Shown in pieces: positions 49,641 through 62,879 of a stretch of DNA of 64,000 nt. Made by a program: the position numbers and the translations under genes. The notes beneath the pieces are model-generated. The model searched no databases and was not told the DNA's origin. It saw only the letters and a program-made list of their open reading frames with translations. Numbering within the stretch: position 1 is the stretch's first letter; each line of letters begins with the position of its first letter. The stretch lies in NCBI GenBank assembly GCA_028534125.1, contig CM052818.1:22880001-22944000 (forward strand), in the 5' to 3' direction. Source of the DNA: Lama glama (taxonomy: Eukaryota).

Positions 49641-52600
49641 TTTTTCAGGATGTGGGCTTTCAAAGCCAGAAGAAGGAGAGGCTGGTACCTGGGGCCTGGG
49701 TGGAGTGCTGGAAGGGAGGTCAGTTTAGAAGTAGGAGTGTTTCCTGAAGGCACCCAGCCAGAAGGGCCACACCTTGGCTCTTCACATATTTCTGTACTCC
49801 AAGGGAGAGGCAGAGACACGGGAGGAGAGCAAGGGTAGAGTGGAGGTATTTGGGCAGGGGGCTAATGGCCCTGGGGCCCACTTAAGGGTCTGGCTGTACC
49901 AGGCTTATGCTTAAGTTGTTGAGATAGTGGAGCATGAACCCAGGACTGTGGAAAAAGCCAAGGAAGGAGGCAGCTTGGTTGCTCAGCTCGGCCTGGGCCC
50001 CTCCTTAGGGAGGCCCTGGCTCTAGTTGTGTAAGTGCCCTGCCACTGGAGAGGAGTGGGGAAGATGTAAGATGTGCCAGAATTGGTTAATACCTGTTGGG
50101 CTCTGAGCCCGCCTTCCACTCCCCCACAGCTCCCCTGCTTAGGCCACAAAACCTCTCTGTTAGACAGCAGATTAATTTGAAAATTGAGTTGCAGCTGGAT
50201 GAGTTGATGTCAACTTCAAAGTTCAGTGGTGTTTAATTAAAGCCATCCAGAGACTAAACCTGCTCCCAGGAAATTATTCTGACCGAATAATTAAAGAGAA
50301 TAAAGGTTAGATTTTTATTTCTGGCTAAGTCTGTGTTGCATTCAGCATCTCCAAAACATGAATTCTATTAATCTTTCATGAACCAACATTAAATTGCTTT
50401 CAGTTAGTTGTCATTCTAATTAAAGTAGAGTCGCACAGAAGAACCTTTGTTTGTCTGTTCTCCTTTCTCCTTTGAAGTTATGTCCTTGAAGAAATGGTCA
50501 TTTGGCAAATTGATTCATAACTTGATGTGTCTGCCCACCCCTCCCTTAGTTGGGTCCTGCTCACTGAGCATCGGAAAGAATTGCACCCGGAAAAGTAGGC
50601 CCGGCTGCGCAGGGTAAGTAAGCACTGCTGATGCTTGGGTTGAGGTGTGTAATTTGCAAAAACATGACCTGTGGTCATGGGAGTTAAAGTGAAGGACTAG
50701 TTAAGATCGCCTGCCCAGCCCAGGCCAACTTGGGCAGGCCTTGAGGAAGGTCTTGGGGAGCTGAGGTCTCCCCAGGAGGGCCTTGTGGGTTGGGAGAGGG
50801 TGCGCTGCTGTTTGCCATTCCACGACCTGACTCTCCCTGAGCCTTTGTGCTTTGGTGTGGGTGGCCTTGTTTCTGCCGAGTGATGGGTCAGAGTCCTCAT
50901 CTGGGCCTCTCTGCCGCCTCAGTGTCCTGAGGGAGCCAGCACTCCCAGGCTCTGGTCCAGTGGCCGAGGAGTGGGTGGGGAGGAGGCAAGAATAAAGCTC
51001 TGTGTCCTTGCTCTAGGACTTATCTGTACCTTGTCATCCAGCATATTTTTTCTGTTTATTTTCCTGCATGATTATGGATGTGAGATGTTACGACCGGGAA
51101 TCTTTAAGCCAACCCAGGATTCCCCAAGGAGGATCATTCCAGGCCTCCAGAAGCAGGGAGGGGAGATCTGCTTTCTTCAGCTCCAGGTGTGGACAGAGGT
51201 CAGAGGTGTTCACTGTGCCCTTCCCTGCGTATCTTGGGAACACGAATGCATTGAGGGGACCCTTGGTGTCTTTACTGAGTTTGGTGTCTTGTGCTGTGGG
51301 CCTGGGAGAAGCTCACTGTGGTCTGGGGTCTGGGCCAGATGCGGGTAAAAACAGAAGGAGCAGCCTCACTCCACTTGTGAAGACGGTCACGCCCCAGGGT
51401 TTGGGCCCAAGAGCATCTTGAGCCTGAGGTTTCCAAGTGCTGCCAGGTGACCTGGCCACTTCTGAGCTGTGACTTGCAGTCTTGTCTGTTCTCTTGCCTG
51501 GTGCCCCAGCTCCCTGGGCTGCTTCTGGCCCCCACGAGTTTTCTTATCTTTCCTTATGGGCCATCAGGTGCCCTGTTGTCTTTTCCCACACGGCTTTTCC
51601 GATCTGGGGTAACCTGAGGATTGGCACCCCATCTTCCTGTCAGACTGGGGACTTGCCCCACCTTCACCAACAGAACTGTTACAGCACAGACCATTCTGCA
51701 ATCTGTGTGTCAGATTCTGTGTTGGGCAGTAGAGACCAGAGAGAGGTGACACTGTCCCTGGCCTCCAGAGCTCACAGAATGACAAGCATAACCAAAGTGC
51801 AACAGAACTGTCCAGAGTCAGGGCCCGGGCCCAGGAAGGCGGGGGAGTGGAGGGACATTCTCTGAGGGGGCGCTGTGTAATTGCATAGTGATGTGTATGT
51901 GGCTCCCCACTAAATGCAGTGGGGAAGAGCATTGGCCTGAGGGAAGAGCACTTGCTAATGTGTGAGGGTGTCTTGGATGTGCGGGAGAGCAGGTGGGGAG
52001 AGAGGACTGGCAGGACCCACTGCTAGAGAGGGAGGCTCAGGCCAGCTCATGAACCTTCCTGCGGCTGGGCCAAAGAGAGCCTGGACTCAAGTCGCTGAAC
52101 AATAAGGGTGGTGTGTGCTGGGAGGATGGCCACAGAGTCCAGTGTTGTTTTGGTCTATGGTGCCAATATGGAGGACAGATTGGAGAGGAAAGACTTGAGA
52201 CGTTGGACTAGTTAAGAGTTGTTACGAGAGTTTGGTTGAGAGGTTATGAAGGCCTGGGGAGCAGGGCAGTGGGCGTGGGGGGAGGTGTGAATCCCAGGGC
52301 TGTTAGGAAGGCAGAGTGAGCCCAGTCTGACCATTAGTTGGACGTCGGAGGTGAGGGTGCGTCAAGCTTCTGGGTGCTCCAGAGATGACTTGGTCTGGCT
52401 CCTGGGTGATAAGAGGTGCAAGATTTGGGGTGTACAGGGCAGGGCATGACTTGTTGGGAAAAACGGATTGTCTGTGAGCCCTCTAGGCAAAGAATTCCAG
52501 CAGGCAGTTGGGTCTAGAGGTAGGCTGGGGGGTCTGGACTGGAGATAGGAATTTGAGAGTTAGCAGTTAGAGGGATGGTGGGAACCGGGGTGTCTGCTAC

Positions 52601-52993
52601 ACTGTTAGGGAGTGTGTGCAAGGTGAGGAAATAGAATGGGGGAAACACCAGTATTTCAGGAGCAGGTGGAAGGGACAAGGGCTTGTGATGGCTTTTAGGG
52701 TCTAAGAATGGAAGAGACACAGACACCATGTTGCGTGAAAGAAACTGGACACGAGAGCATCCCCTGTGACTTCATCTATATAAAAGTCAGACCTTGGCAG
52801 GGGCAGTGTGTGGTGGTAGAGGTTGGAACAGTGGGCACCCTTGTCAGGGAGGACGGATAGGGGAGGGTCACAAGGCAGACTTCTGTGCTGGAAAAGGGCC
52901 ATCTTCATCTGGTGGGTGTGTATGCGTATGTGCATATGCACAGATACCCTGAGATTTCTGCCTTCTACTGTAAGTTAGGAAGGAAGATGCAAG

Positions 52994-53534
52994 TGTAGGA
53001 GAGGAAAAACAATTTTTCTTCCACCCTCCTGAGTTCTTGGCTGAGACCCCCTGTAATAAAAGATAGATTAATAAGAGAAAAGTAGACAAGTTTACAAACA
53101 CGTATACCTCACGTGTGCGTGGGAGATACCCCAGGAAAGATGAGCTACTTCCTGAAGTGGCTTAGAATTCAGGGTTAAATGTGGCTTAATAGGGAGAGGG
53201 AAGGGGATGTGGCCTCTGAGGGGAGAGTACATGATTTCTAGGGAAGATGAAGGGCCCTTAGAAGAGTCAATGGGAGGTGTGATGGTGACAATGTGTGTCT
53301 GGGTGTGGTGTGGACTTGCACTCTCTTCCCCTGTCCCGAGAGTCCCCTTGTTGATGACCTCTGGGGAGGGATCTGTGATGACTGAATTCCTTTGGGAGCC
53401 TCTGTCTGTAGGCAAATGGGGGGGGGTTCAGAGAAAGCCCCTCCTTGTATTGGGTGGGTTTCAAGTGCCCACAGCTCAGAATAATCAATATACTAAATGG
53501 TGTATTTGGGGCTGGCTTACTCTGCTACCCTTTG
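52994..53534 (-). mobile_element. ERV1-type solo LTR (MER34/MER39-like)
   Basis: cagctcagaataatcaatatactaaatggtgtatttggggctgg is the reverse complement of a MER34/39-type LTR start; the other end is tgtagg. Confidence 0.65.
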
Positions 53535-56500
53535 GAAGGAAGATGGAAGGAAGGAAAGGAGGAAGGAGGAAAAAGGAAGGAGGGAGGATGGATGCAGGGA
53601 AGAGAGAAACCTGGAGCCAGTGGTGCCTGGCAGGAGAGGAGAGGGTTTTCAAGAAAGAGGAAGGTGACCAGTGTCACTCATGCCCAGGGGTCAAGCTCTG
53701 GGCTGGCTCCGTAGAGTGGCCTCGAGGCTGCCCTCCCAGTCCTCCCAGGGTCACTAGAGTGACCCCAGCACTGTAGAATGAGTGACATAGAACAGACCTT
53801 CTCACTGAATCAGCACAGAGAGGAGCGAAGAGCCCCAGGTCAAGGGCATACCTGAGAAATCTCCCATGCTCGCGCCATAGCTCCCAACAGTGCAGATGGC
53901 CATTCTGTGGTTTCCTGAGTGCCCTCCTAGGCAAATCCTGGTGTTTAGATTTGATAATGTTTAATAAAAATGTTATTACCTACTATAACTTAAGAGAACT
54001 TCCTTCTGTTTTAATGTGAGGGTTTCCCATGGAAACCACTTCAGCCTTGGTGGCTGTGAATGGCAGCTTTATTAACAGAGCCATCTGCAGGCTCTCCTGG
54101 CTTTCCTAACAATCTGTCCCACTGCTCATGCTTCCAGTTCAAACATTGTTTATTGTGGTGGAGGCCCCAGCCTGTCCCCCCAGGGGACAGCCTTCCCTGC
54201 ACCCTGAGGCAAGGACAGCTCATCTGCTTTTCTCATGCCTGTTGGCCACTGGGCCTTCATGGAGCAGGTGGGGGCAGAGCCCGTGTGCTATCCCGAAGGT
54301 CTCTCCCCTGTGGACCAGATGCTCCTGGTGGGCAAACCCCCTTTCTCTTTCACACGGAGACCAGGGAGATGGGCCTAACCTTACCCAAACCCACAATGAA
54401 ATATGCCCTTTTCATTGCAGCCCTGAGTTTTTCATGTCAGATTTCTCACTTCCCCCGAGAAAGGCTGACCCACCAATGAGCGGGGTAGAGGGGCATCACT
54501 GATGCTCCTGGGGCCAGTGAGGGCTTGAGTCCTAACTCATTCTTCCAAGAGAGAAGGGACTCAGCTCAGCTCAGAATTAACTCGTCTTCTAAATGGAAAT
54601 GTCAAAGGCTGGCAAACACTCCTGCTAATGATTCTGGTGCTGAGATATTCCCGGGCAGCAAATAGTTGGCCACATGAAAATGGATTTTGCCAATGAAACT
54701 GGGGGGGCTGTTGCTCTCAGAGGAGAAAGCCTGGTCACCTAATCTCAATTCTGCATCCGTTTCACCAGGGCCTGCTAAAGAATGGAGTTCTTTTTCTTGT
54801 CATTTTATTAATTCTGAGTAAGGGAAGGTGATTCAGCCCAAGCACCTGAGGGAAGGCAGCTGTGGGACACCTTCAGGAGAGCATCTCCAAGAAAGGGAGT
54901 AAGCACCAGTGACACGCAGATCAGTCAGAAGGGAAGCCAGTGAGGACCCAGTGGTGGGGGTGGGGGTGGGAGTGCAGAATGCCCAGCAAAGGGGAGGACT
55001 CCAGGAGCCATCTCCTTCGTCAGGGGTTTGGCACCGGCTGCCTCTCTCCAGGGGCATGTGAGCAGACTACAGACCTTAATCAGATCCCACCAGTTTTGCC
55101 TGCATTCCTGTGTGCATGGGTGTTCTGGGCAGTTTAGTCCCACGTATAGGTTCATGTAATTGTCATCATAACCAAGATGCAGCGTGTTCCATCACAGAGG
55201 AACCACCTGTGCTATGCCTTTATCGTGACATCTCCTCCCCTTTGTCTCTGTGCCCTGGCAACCACCAGTCTGTTCTCTGTGGTGTCGTTTCACGAATGTT
55301 ATATAAATGGAAATGTGCAGTCAGGAAACTTTCCAGATAGGCTTTCTAGGATACGTGCTCCATGAGGGCAGGGGCTGTATCTTTCTCATTGCTGGATTCC
55401 CTGCTGAGCCCAGTACTGTAACTTGGATGAGGCGGGTTTGTACATAAACCTGATGAAGTGATGACTCCTGTGGGTCCTAGTCCCACACAAACTCTCTGGA
55501 CTCAAAGTGGCTACCACTTTGAAGGTGTTGGTAGCAGTACATTTTTATTGTAGAGAGACTGAAGTCTGTAGGAGGAAGAGGCCGTGCCTTCCCTGGACAC
55601 TGACTTACAGTTAACAGAGAGCGTTCGTTCTACAGCTGACAAGGTAAGAGGATGCATCCAGCTTCTGGTTTCCCTGCCTCCAGCCAGGTTTCCAAGTCAG
55701 CCTGCCCTGACGTTGGCTGAATGGGCATCGCCACGTGGGGGTGGGCTTCAGAGTACCCTTTGACCTTTCCCAGGATGCACTCTGGCTTGGCGGCCCTGTG
55801 AGCATCAAGAATGAAACGAGATGAACAGGTACAAGGGCTTTGCTTTTTATTAAAAAATTATTTTTCCTCCCTGAGGCCCTTCTAGCACCCACTTTGTTTG
55901 CAGCTTCTCTAGTGAGCTCTGCCAGGAGTTGAGATCTGCGTGGTCCCGCGGGGTTGTTAAGTCGTTGGTACCGGCACTTATGCATATTCATCTCTGTCTC
56001 TGGGTGGCTCCCTCAGGAAAATCTGTTTTCAGTACTGCGTGTTTACATGGCTGAGGGAGAGGAGAGGCAAGATCAAAGCCCTGGCCGAGGCTGGGCCCAC
56101 AGGGCCGGAGGACTGAGGGGAAGAAGCACTTGACCAGTGAAGAAGGAAGCTGCCAAGCTTCTTTTTTGAAGTGGAAGTTGCTCAAAGATTGGAAAATAAG
56201 GGGGGGCAGCGCCTCCACACAAATAGGTTTAAGCTGAACATCAGGGACTGAGGACACATGAGCCAAAAAAGGCAGGAAGGGCAAAGAGTCGCTGGCAGCA
56301 GGTGCCACAGCCTGGCCTGAGGCTCTGCCCCGCACTTGGGTTGTAGGGATGGCAGGAGGGACTCGTGCATAAGAACGGTCCCTCCAACTTCGTGACATTG
56401 TTCAGAGTTCAAAGTTGCCTTTTCCAAAGCCTAATCACTTTCTGTAGTTTTTCCATATACTGGTCTCAAGTCCTTCATACCAGAAGCTTAATCCATTTCA

Positions 56501-56559
56501 TTCTGTCTTGTTAACTAATAATCACTACACTATCCTGCAGTGCTCCAGAACAGAGCACG

Positions 56560-56745
56560 TGGCTAGTCCCCGGGACTCTGGAGAAGAGGACCTGCCTTCA
56601 GATCTTGGCTCAGCCACTTGTTATTAGGGTATCCTGGCTTCTCTGTTGGTTTCCTCATCTGTAAAATGGAGATAATCAAATTTAGAATTGCTGAAAGAAT
56701 TGAACGAGTTAATACATGGAAAGCACTTAAGTGTTAGCTGTTATC
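56560..56745 (+). mobile_element. MIR SINE
   Basis: cttggctcagccactt...gtttcctcatctgtaaaatggagataat...gttaatacatggaaagcactta. Confidence 0.75.
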
Positions 56746-58444
56746 ATTGAAAAGCATTTAGTCCTATGGATGTGCCCTATTTTAATCATTGAGCACTCAG
56801 GTGGGTTGTTTTCCCCCATTTCTTGATGTTTTTGTCCTTTGAGATATAGAAGTGGTACCCTTAAGTTTTTCTGCCAGATTTCTGGGTTGGTAAAATTAAG
56901 ATAAACACAAATGTGTTCAGTTCGGTAAGCTGTGGTCTCTGGAGTACATTACCCCTGGGTACAGAAATGACATACGCTGACATTTCTAGAGGAGACAGTG
57001 AGACTTTCTTGTCCTTGTATCAGAGGTTATTGTAGGGATCTATAATGAGGGTGGAGTAGAAATGCAGGTTTCCTTTGGAAAAGGTGAACTGAGTAGCACA
57101 AAATGTGTACGTTACCTGGGTCTGCAAGGAGGGCAGGAGCTGTTCCTTTACAAAGGGTTGCATTGGGAAAAATGCCTGGAGACTTTTTCTGTGGTCCTTG
57201 GAGATGCCATTCCTGGGCCTCCTGGACAAAAGGGCTTCTTTAGGGCCTGGCTTCTGTGATGGCGAGAGACACGCCACATTGCTGTGGGCAGCACCCTTGC
57301 CCTCTCTGGACTGAGGACTGAGATGACTGCTGTTTCCCTACTTCTTAACATCTCTGTGAATCTTCACCCTTGTCCTTTCCTTCTTCCTCCCTGTTTCAGA
57401 AGAATGTTTTTCTCCTGGTGTAAGACACTCCAGTTTTTAAGTCACAGTACACGAAGTCCTGGCACAGCTGTTACCTCGGTAAGTGAACTCAGGCCTGTTC
57501 CTGAAATCTCCCCAGCCTGTCCCTTCGACCATCACTGAGTGACAGCCCGGATGTCTGGGGTGTGCTAGCTGCACTGGGACTCCTCTGGCGGCAGCTCTCC
57601 TCTATCCAAGTCCTGCACATCTGCTTTAAAAACACGTTATTGTCCTTAACTCTTCATTTCACTTCTAGTATTAAGCTGGAAACCTAGTTCCTTCTAGAAG
57701 TTACACACCTGTGTGTGTCCAAGGTCTAATTAATCATTATTTCCCTATAAGCAAGTTCCTTTGTTAGACCTCCTTCTTTTATTAAGAAGAAAAATCAGTT
57801 AGTAGGTTTGTTCTGGTTCCTGTCAGCTATTTTGTCTCCGAATCATTGGAGGAGGAATTCCTGCCCTGAGACAGCCTCTCATGGCTTAGTGCACGTGTCT
57901 GTGAACGTATGTTCGTAGTCACAGGGATGAATAAAGTGATGAAAACCCCGTCATTTCCATGACTGTAAAGCTGGGGAGTGTATGGAGTACACTAATTCTT
58001 CCTAATGAATTTGTAGCAGCTAATTTATGGTTGTGGTGTACAGGGGATGTGTCACTACGCAGCCGAGAGATGGAGAAAGCAGGGACATAGCGTCCTGCTG
58101 AGTTCAAGGGCCTCCCTCAGGCTAACCCCGGAAAGCAGCGGCAGGCTGTGGAGCCAGGCAGGTAAGCAGGATCACCAAGATTATCCAATGTTAAACATTA
58201 GAGAGTAGACATGAAATAAATTAAACCAAATACTTCCCTATTAAGTGGAGGCATAAATCAGAAGTAATTTCCTCTAACATTATGAGAGTCTATCTGTCTG
58301 TCACTACCAGAATGGCTGTATCCATAGTAGTGGTTACCTGGTAGATGTGTCCTTGTGAACTGTCATGTCTGCTGATAATTGAATAGCCGTGGAAACTAGC
58401 AGCATAAATGAAAAAAAGACTCAAGACACATTTAGAGAGACAAA

Positions 58445-60730
58445 TGAAACATTTTGATTATTTTATTTTTTAATCTTCAAAATTTTCTGCCATGAGACAG
58501 GAATGCATGATAGAAATGGCTCAACATCTTCACATGAAACACTTGGATTCATTTTCATTCACAAGTTTTCTAAAAACATCTACAATTTTATAATCCCACC
58601 CACTTCCAACCATTATCACAGATTTAATTGACTGTTAACACAGTAGTTGCCAGCAGTAGAGAGCTGGAACGCTTTCTGCGCGTTAGTAGTGTCTTTGGAA
58701 GCTCCCACCCAAGAGTGTCATGACTCTACATCTCGTTGTACACGGCAACCCCAGAGGTGACTGTTGTCCCTAAAACACTCCCTGCTTATCACGGAGAGCT
58801 GTGTCCCCCAGGGACTTAAAATGCTTTTTCTTCTCCTAGAATTACTTGTTTATCTCATAGTATTTTTCTTGCAGGGAGCAGCACATGCTGACCTGATTTA
58901 ATCACCACAGCTAATAGGCAAGCACGTATGCCTGATACTACGGCTGCTCTCTGATGATTATGTACAAACATACTGAGAAATGATGGGTTGCTTGGAATCT
59001 CTCTTCTTTTGAAGAGAACTACTTTGAGGTTTTTTTTTTGAACAGTTGTAAACAAAAGGAAAGAGATAATACACGGACTTATGTCTATACACGTAGAGAT
59101 ACACACTGAGTATTTTCAACGTGGCGTATATCCTCTTACATAGAGATACACACACAGAGTAGGTGTCACACTCACCCCTTCACACACACCCACACCCTTA
59201 CAGCATGTGAATACAAATGTTGTGAGTGTCCTTGGGAGTTCACTGGAGTTTGTATATTACCAAATGACGATGAAATACCTGATTTATATTACTCCTGAGA
59301 AGATACTAGAAGGGAATGACAGTTCTGATGCACTTTGGAATGGCACAATCACGTAAACACTTGCATACTTAAGACTTCTGAACTCACCCAAAGTTTCTAA
59401 ACATCTAACCAAAAAAAAAAAAAAAAAGATATCAAAACAATGCAGCAAGTTAAAAAATAGAAGTTTTTTTATAATCAAAGTATAAACATATATAGGAAAT
59501 GCATATTTGTCAGTAATTATTTTGAAAATAGGAAATAACTAAGAAAAACATAATCGTCTGACAAAACTTAAAAAAACAACTATCCGATGCATAATACATG
59601 CACTGCCCAAAATAAAGAGCCACATCAGAAATTGCAAGGCTTTAGAACTCCACCAGAGAAAAGTCACCATATATAGCAAGTCTGCTAAGTATTCAATTTA
59701 TAAAAAATTACTGTAACTATTATTCACACGTCTATAAAAAAGAAATCTGCAATTTGCTGAGTATTTTATCCCTCAATAATCTGTATAAAAGTTACAACTA
59801 AACCCATGAATGTCAAGCACCAATTCAATCATTTAAACTTACTATTTGTTATCGAGGGAACAAATTATGATGAAGGCTAAGCTAAAATTAGCCAAGTTTA
59901 GTTTTATAGGCATGCGGTTTTTTTTTTTTTCTTCCAATCTTCCATTGAATGTCAAACATTTGAAGATGTTTAGGCCAGTAAAGGAATCCTTGGAGGAATC
60001 CTTTATTTCTGAGTATCAATGGTTTAATATACATTAGAAGCTCTTTAACAAACCACTGCTTTCTTAGTTCTAAGATAAAATGGATTTTGCACACAGGAAA
60101 TTGAATCCGTCACTCTGACTTGGTAAAGGCAGCACCTATGTGGCAGGCCCCCAAGCACACCTGGACATCTACTGGCAGGGTAGGAGAACGTCATTATTAC
60201 TCAAGAAGGCAACACCACTGCTTGTGGCAAGACTGAAGTTTTTCTTAACTGAAACATTTCTACTAGACATTTGGGGCAGGAGGACATCTCAGTAAGAGAG
60301 GTGTTTTGGTTTCTTTTTCAGCATCGGGGAAAAAGTAGCAAGAGTCTGAGCCAGTAGACGAGTGTTTGTGGTGTCTCTGGTTGTTCCTGAAGAAAGCTTG
60401 TCAGATAACGGGGGATTTACTTTAAACCTACACAATTGCTGCTTTTGTTTCCAGTATTTACATCATACTCCTCACACAGTAATTTCTGAGACATACTTAA
60501 TGTTTCAGTCTTTTCCTACTATTAAGTTTGGTTAATTTTCAGCACACACCACACCGAACCTTTAGGTCGACTGCATTTGAAAGACGGAAGATAAGACTAT
60601 TGAAAGCAGGTCACGCAAAAACCCATATCTCCATCAATAGTGATTCTCCATCACTTCCTGGCCTGTTACCTGAACTCTATCACAAGACCACCATGCGGCT
60701 GGAGGAAAAGAGTCGCACTGAAGTCTGGGG
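58445..60730 (-). other. EML4: EML4 3' UTR (about 2.3 kb)
   Basis: Repeat-free AT-rich sequence from the stop codon to a minus-strand AATAAA; end approximate. Confidence 0.75.
58462..58467 (-). terminator. Probable EML4 polyadenylation signal
   Basis: TTTATT on + (AATAAA on -), followed on - by a GU/U-rich downstream element (tgtgtcttgagtcttttttt). Confidence 0.7.
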
Positions 60731-61204
60731 TTAGGACTGGGGCGAAGGGTCTTGCTGGTCCTCAGGAAGAGCGGCTTCACCCTGCTCATCGCTCATCTCT
60801 TTGGCTGGCTCTTCACACACAGGCTCAGCGAGGTCCTCGCTGCCTGCCTCACTCTGCTCCTCGCTGTGGTCCTCGCTGGGCTCCACAGTTTGCTCCAGGC
60901 TGTTCTCCAGAAGTGTGGGAGAACTGCTTCTTCTACTTTCTTCTTCAGCCGTCTCATGTGGGGGCTGGGAAGGAGGTGGTGTGGGAATTTCTGACTGCAT
61001 GACGCCCTCAGTGGAAGAGATGGGGGCTTTGGTTATCGTGGTATCTGCTACAATCTCATTTTGAGGCAAAGGTAACTTTTCCACGAGTTTCCACTGAATG
61101 ATGCTCATGTCTTTTCCACCAGTTGAAATCAGGTGACTGTCATTATGAGTAAAACTGACATTGGTGACATGGCTGCTGTGGGCACTGTACTTGTGACTGG
61201 GAGC
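60731..61204 (-). CDS. EML4: EML4 terminal coding exon, APSHKYSAHSSHVTNVSF...MSIIQWK...DQQDPSPQS*
   Basis: Acceptor catgtag|GCT; 474 nt to TAA; last WD40 repeat followed by the acidic Ser/Glu-rich EML4 tail; ORF track 60731..61108 is part of it. Confidence 0.96.
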   Translation of the reverse strand, partial: APSHKYSAHSSHVTNVSFTHNDSHLISTGGKDMSIIQWKLVEKLPLPQNEIVADTTITKAPISSTEGVMQSEIPTPPPSQPPHETAEEESRRSSSPTLLENSLEQTVEPSEDHSEEQSEAGSEDLAEPVCEEPAKEMSDEQGEAALPEDQQDPSPQS

Positions 61205-61873
61205 CTACATGAAATAAATCAGACAGGAAAATTAAACTCGTTCTTTACATGCCTGCGTACAGCAATGGTGGTGACTACATAAGGGAGGTCATGCAGCTTG
61301 TGAAACAGGTAATGCAGATCAAAACCACCAGTCACTGACTGAGGAATAAAGCTAGCAGTAATTTCCTTTTAATACCTATTCATATGGGAGAAACAAAAAT
61401 TGGACAAGCTATACTTTCAGACTCTGGTTAAAACAAATGTCTCTTCTGGATGTCAGGTTGGTATACTTGTTAGAGCTTATTAACTTCTATTGAGATGGCA
61501 AGGGGAGAATTTACTAGGTTGGCAGGATTATAGATGATTTAGGAGCTTTATAATATTAATCATGGGTCACAAATAGTATGTTTAGAAGAATTTTAGATCT
61601 GCCAAGAAATCAAAGTGAAAAAAGTTGGACAATAAAAAAATGAATAAAACATTGTCAGCTGTCTTCTCTTTGTTCTCCTTGACCTGAATGAGGAAGGAAA
61701 AGACACGCACCACCTGCTTGGGTGCTTCCAGACGGCCTGCTCCCTCCGACTGTGCGCTGGAGTATATCACAGATAGTAATTGGTAACCCTGCAGATGTTT
61801 TCTCACCATTGCCACAAAAGTCATCCCCAAACAAAACTTCCTATAACATTAGTTTTTATTAAATTGATTTTAC

Positions 61874-62004
61874 CTTTGCTTTGGAGCAGGGATACTGAAA
61901 CAGATGGACTTTGCAAAAGTCATCAGCAACAGCTATCACCTTTCTATTGTGGGATCGCACCAGTGCATTGATATCTGTCCCATCAGATCCTTCTGGCCAG
62001 ACAC
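61874..62004 (-). CDS. EML4: EML4 penultimate coding exon, (G)VWPEGSDGTDINALVRSHNRKVIAVADDFCKVHLFQYPCSKAK
   Basis: Acceptor tcaaag|GT, 131 nt, donor AAG|gtaaaa; conserved EML GVWPEGSDGTDINA motif; phases fit the neighbouring exons. Confidence 0.96.
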
Positions 62005-62879
62005 CTTTGATATGGAGACAAGGGGGGGGGGGGTAGAAAAATTAGCCTGAAAAACGTAACTGCACTGCTACATGTTTTAGAATCTTACTGATTTTTCATC
62101 TGTGTTCAAACTCTTAACTGCTAACATTTCCCTTACAAATTTTGTAGTGGCTCAATACTTTATTCAAATGATGAAATTTTACCCAAAATCTAACTAACTA
62201 CTAATACACTGAAATAGCTTCAAGATGGAAAATTTTAAGACTTTAAGACTCAAAAGTACTCACTAGTAACCAGCAGGTGGTGCTAATAAATAATTTTAGT
62301 TTTAGCTTATCTCACATCTCACCTCAACAATAAGCTCTTCCTGTTTAAAGTTTCTAGTTGGAGGGGAAGTTCTCAGTTACTTCTGTAGCAAACGAAGTAC
62401 AGAAACAATGCCATAGCACTGATTCTCCAAAGTGGATTCTGGGTAATTGTAAAATTTACAGACTCTTTCACTGATACCTTTTAGACAGGCACTTAAAGGA
62501 CCTCATTCTTTCTTAGTGGAAATGCACGGGACATCCATTGGTCTATCATGCTATACATAGAATTTTCCTGGAACTATTATTTATGTCCAAAGGTTGACAC
62601 AGCAAATTTAATTATTCTGAATCATTATGACACACTGGTTCAACATAATAAGCACAAACCTCTACTAGATTAGATTAGTCTGAATTTATTGTGGACCAAA
62701 ACTCCTGGATTCTTCAGAGAATAAATTTTGTATTGGTTCAATCCTAATACACTTCTCTGAATTGGGCATTAATGGTGATAATACTAAAGAACACATGTAG
62801 ACTAGTTTTGTTTAGAAATTTAACCAAGTAAATATAAATAAAAACCCACAATCGCCTTTCCCAAATGTCACGTCCTTAC

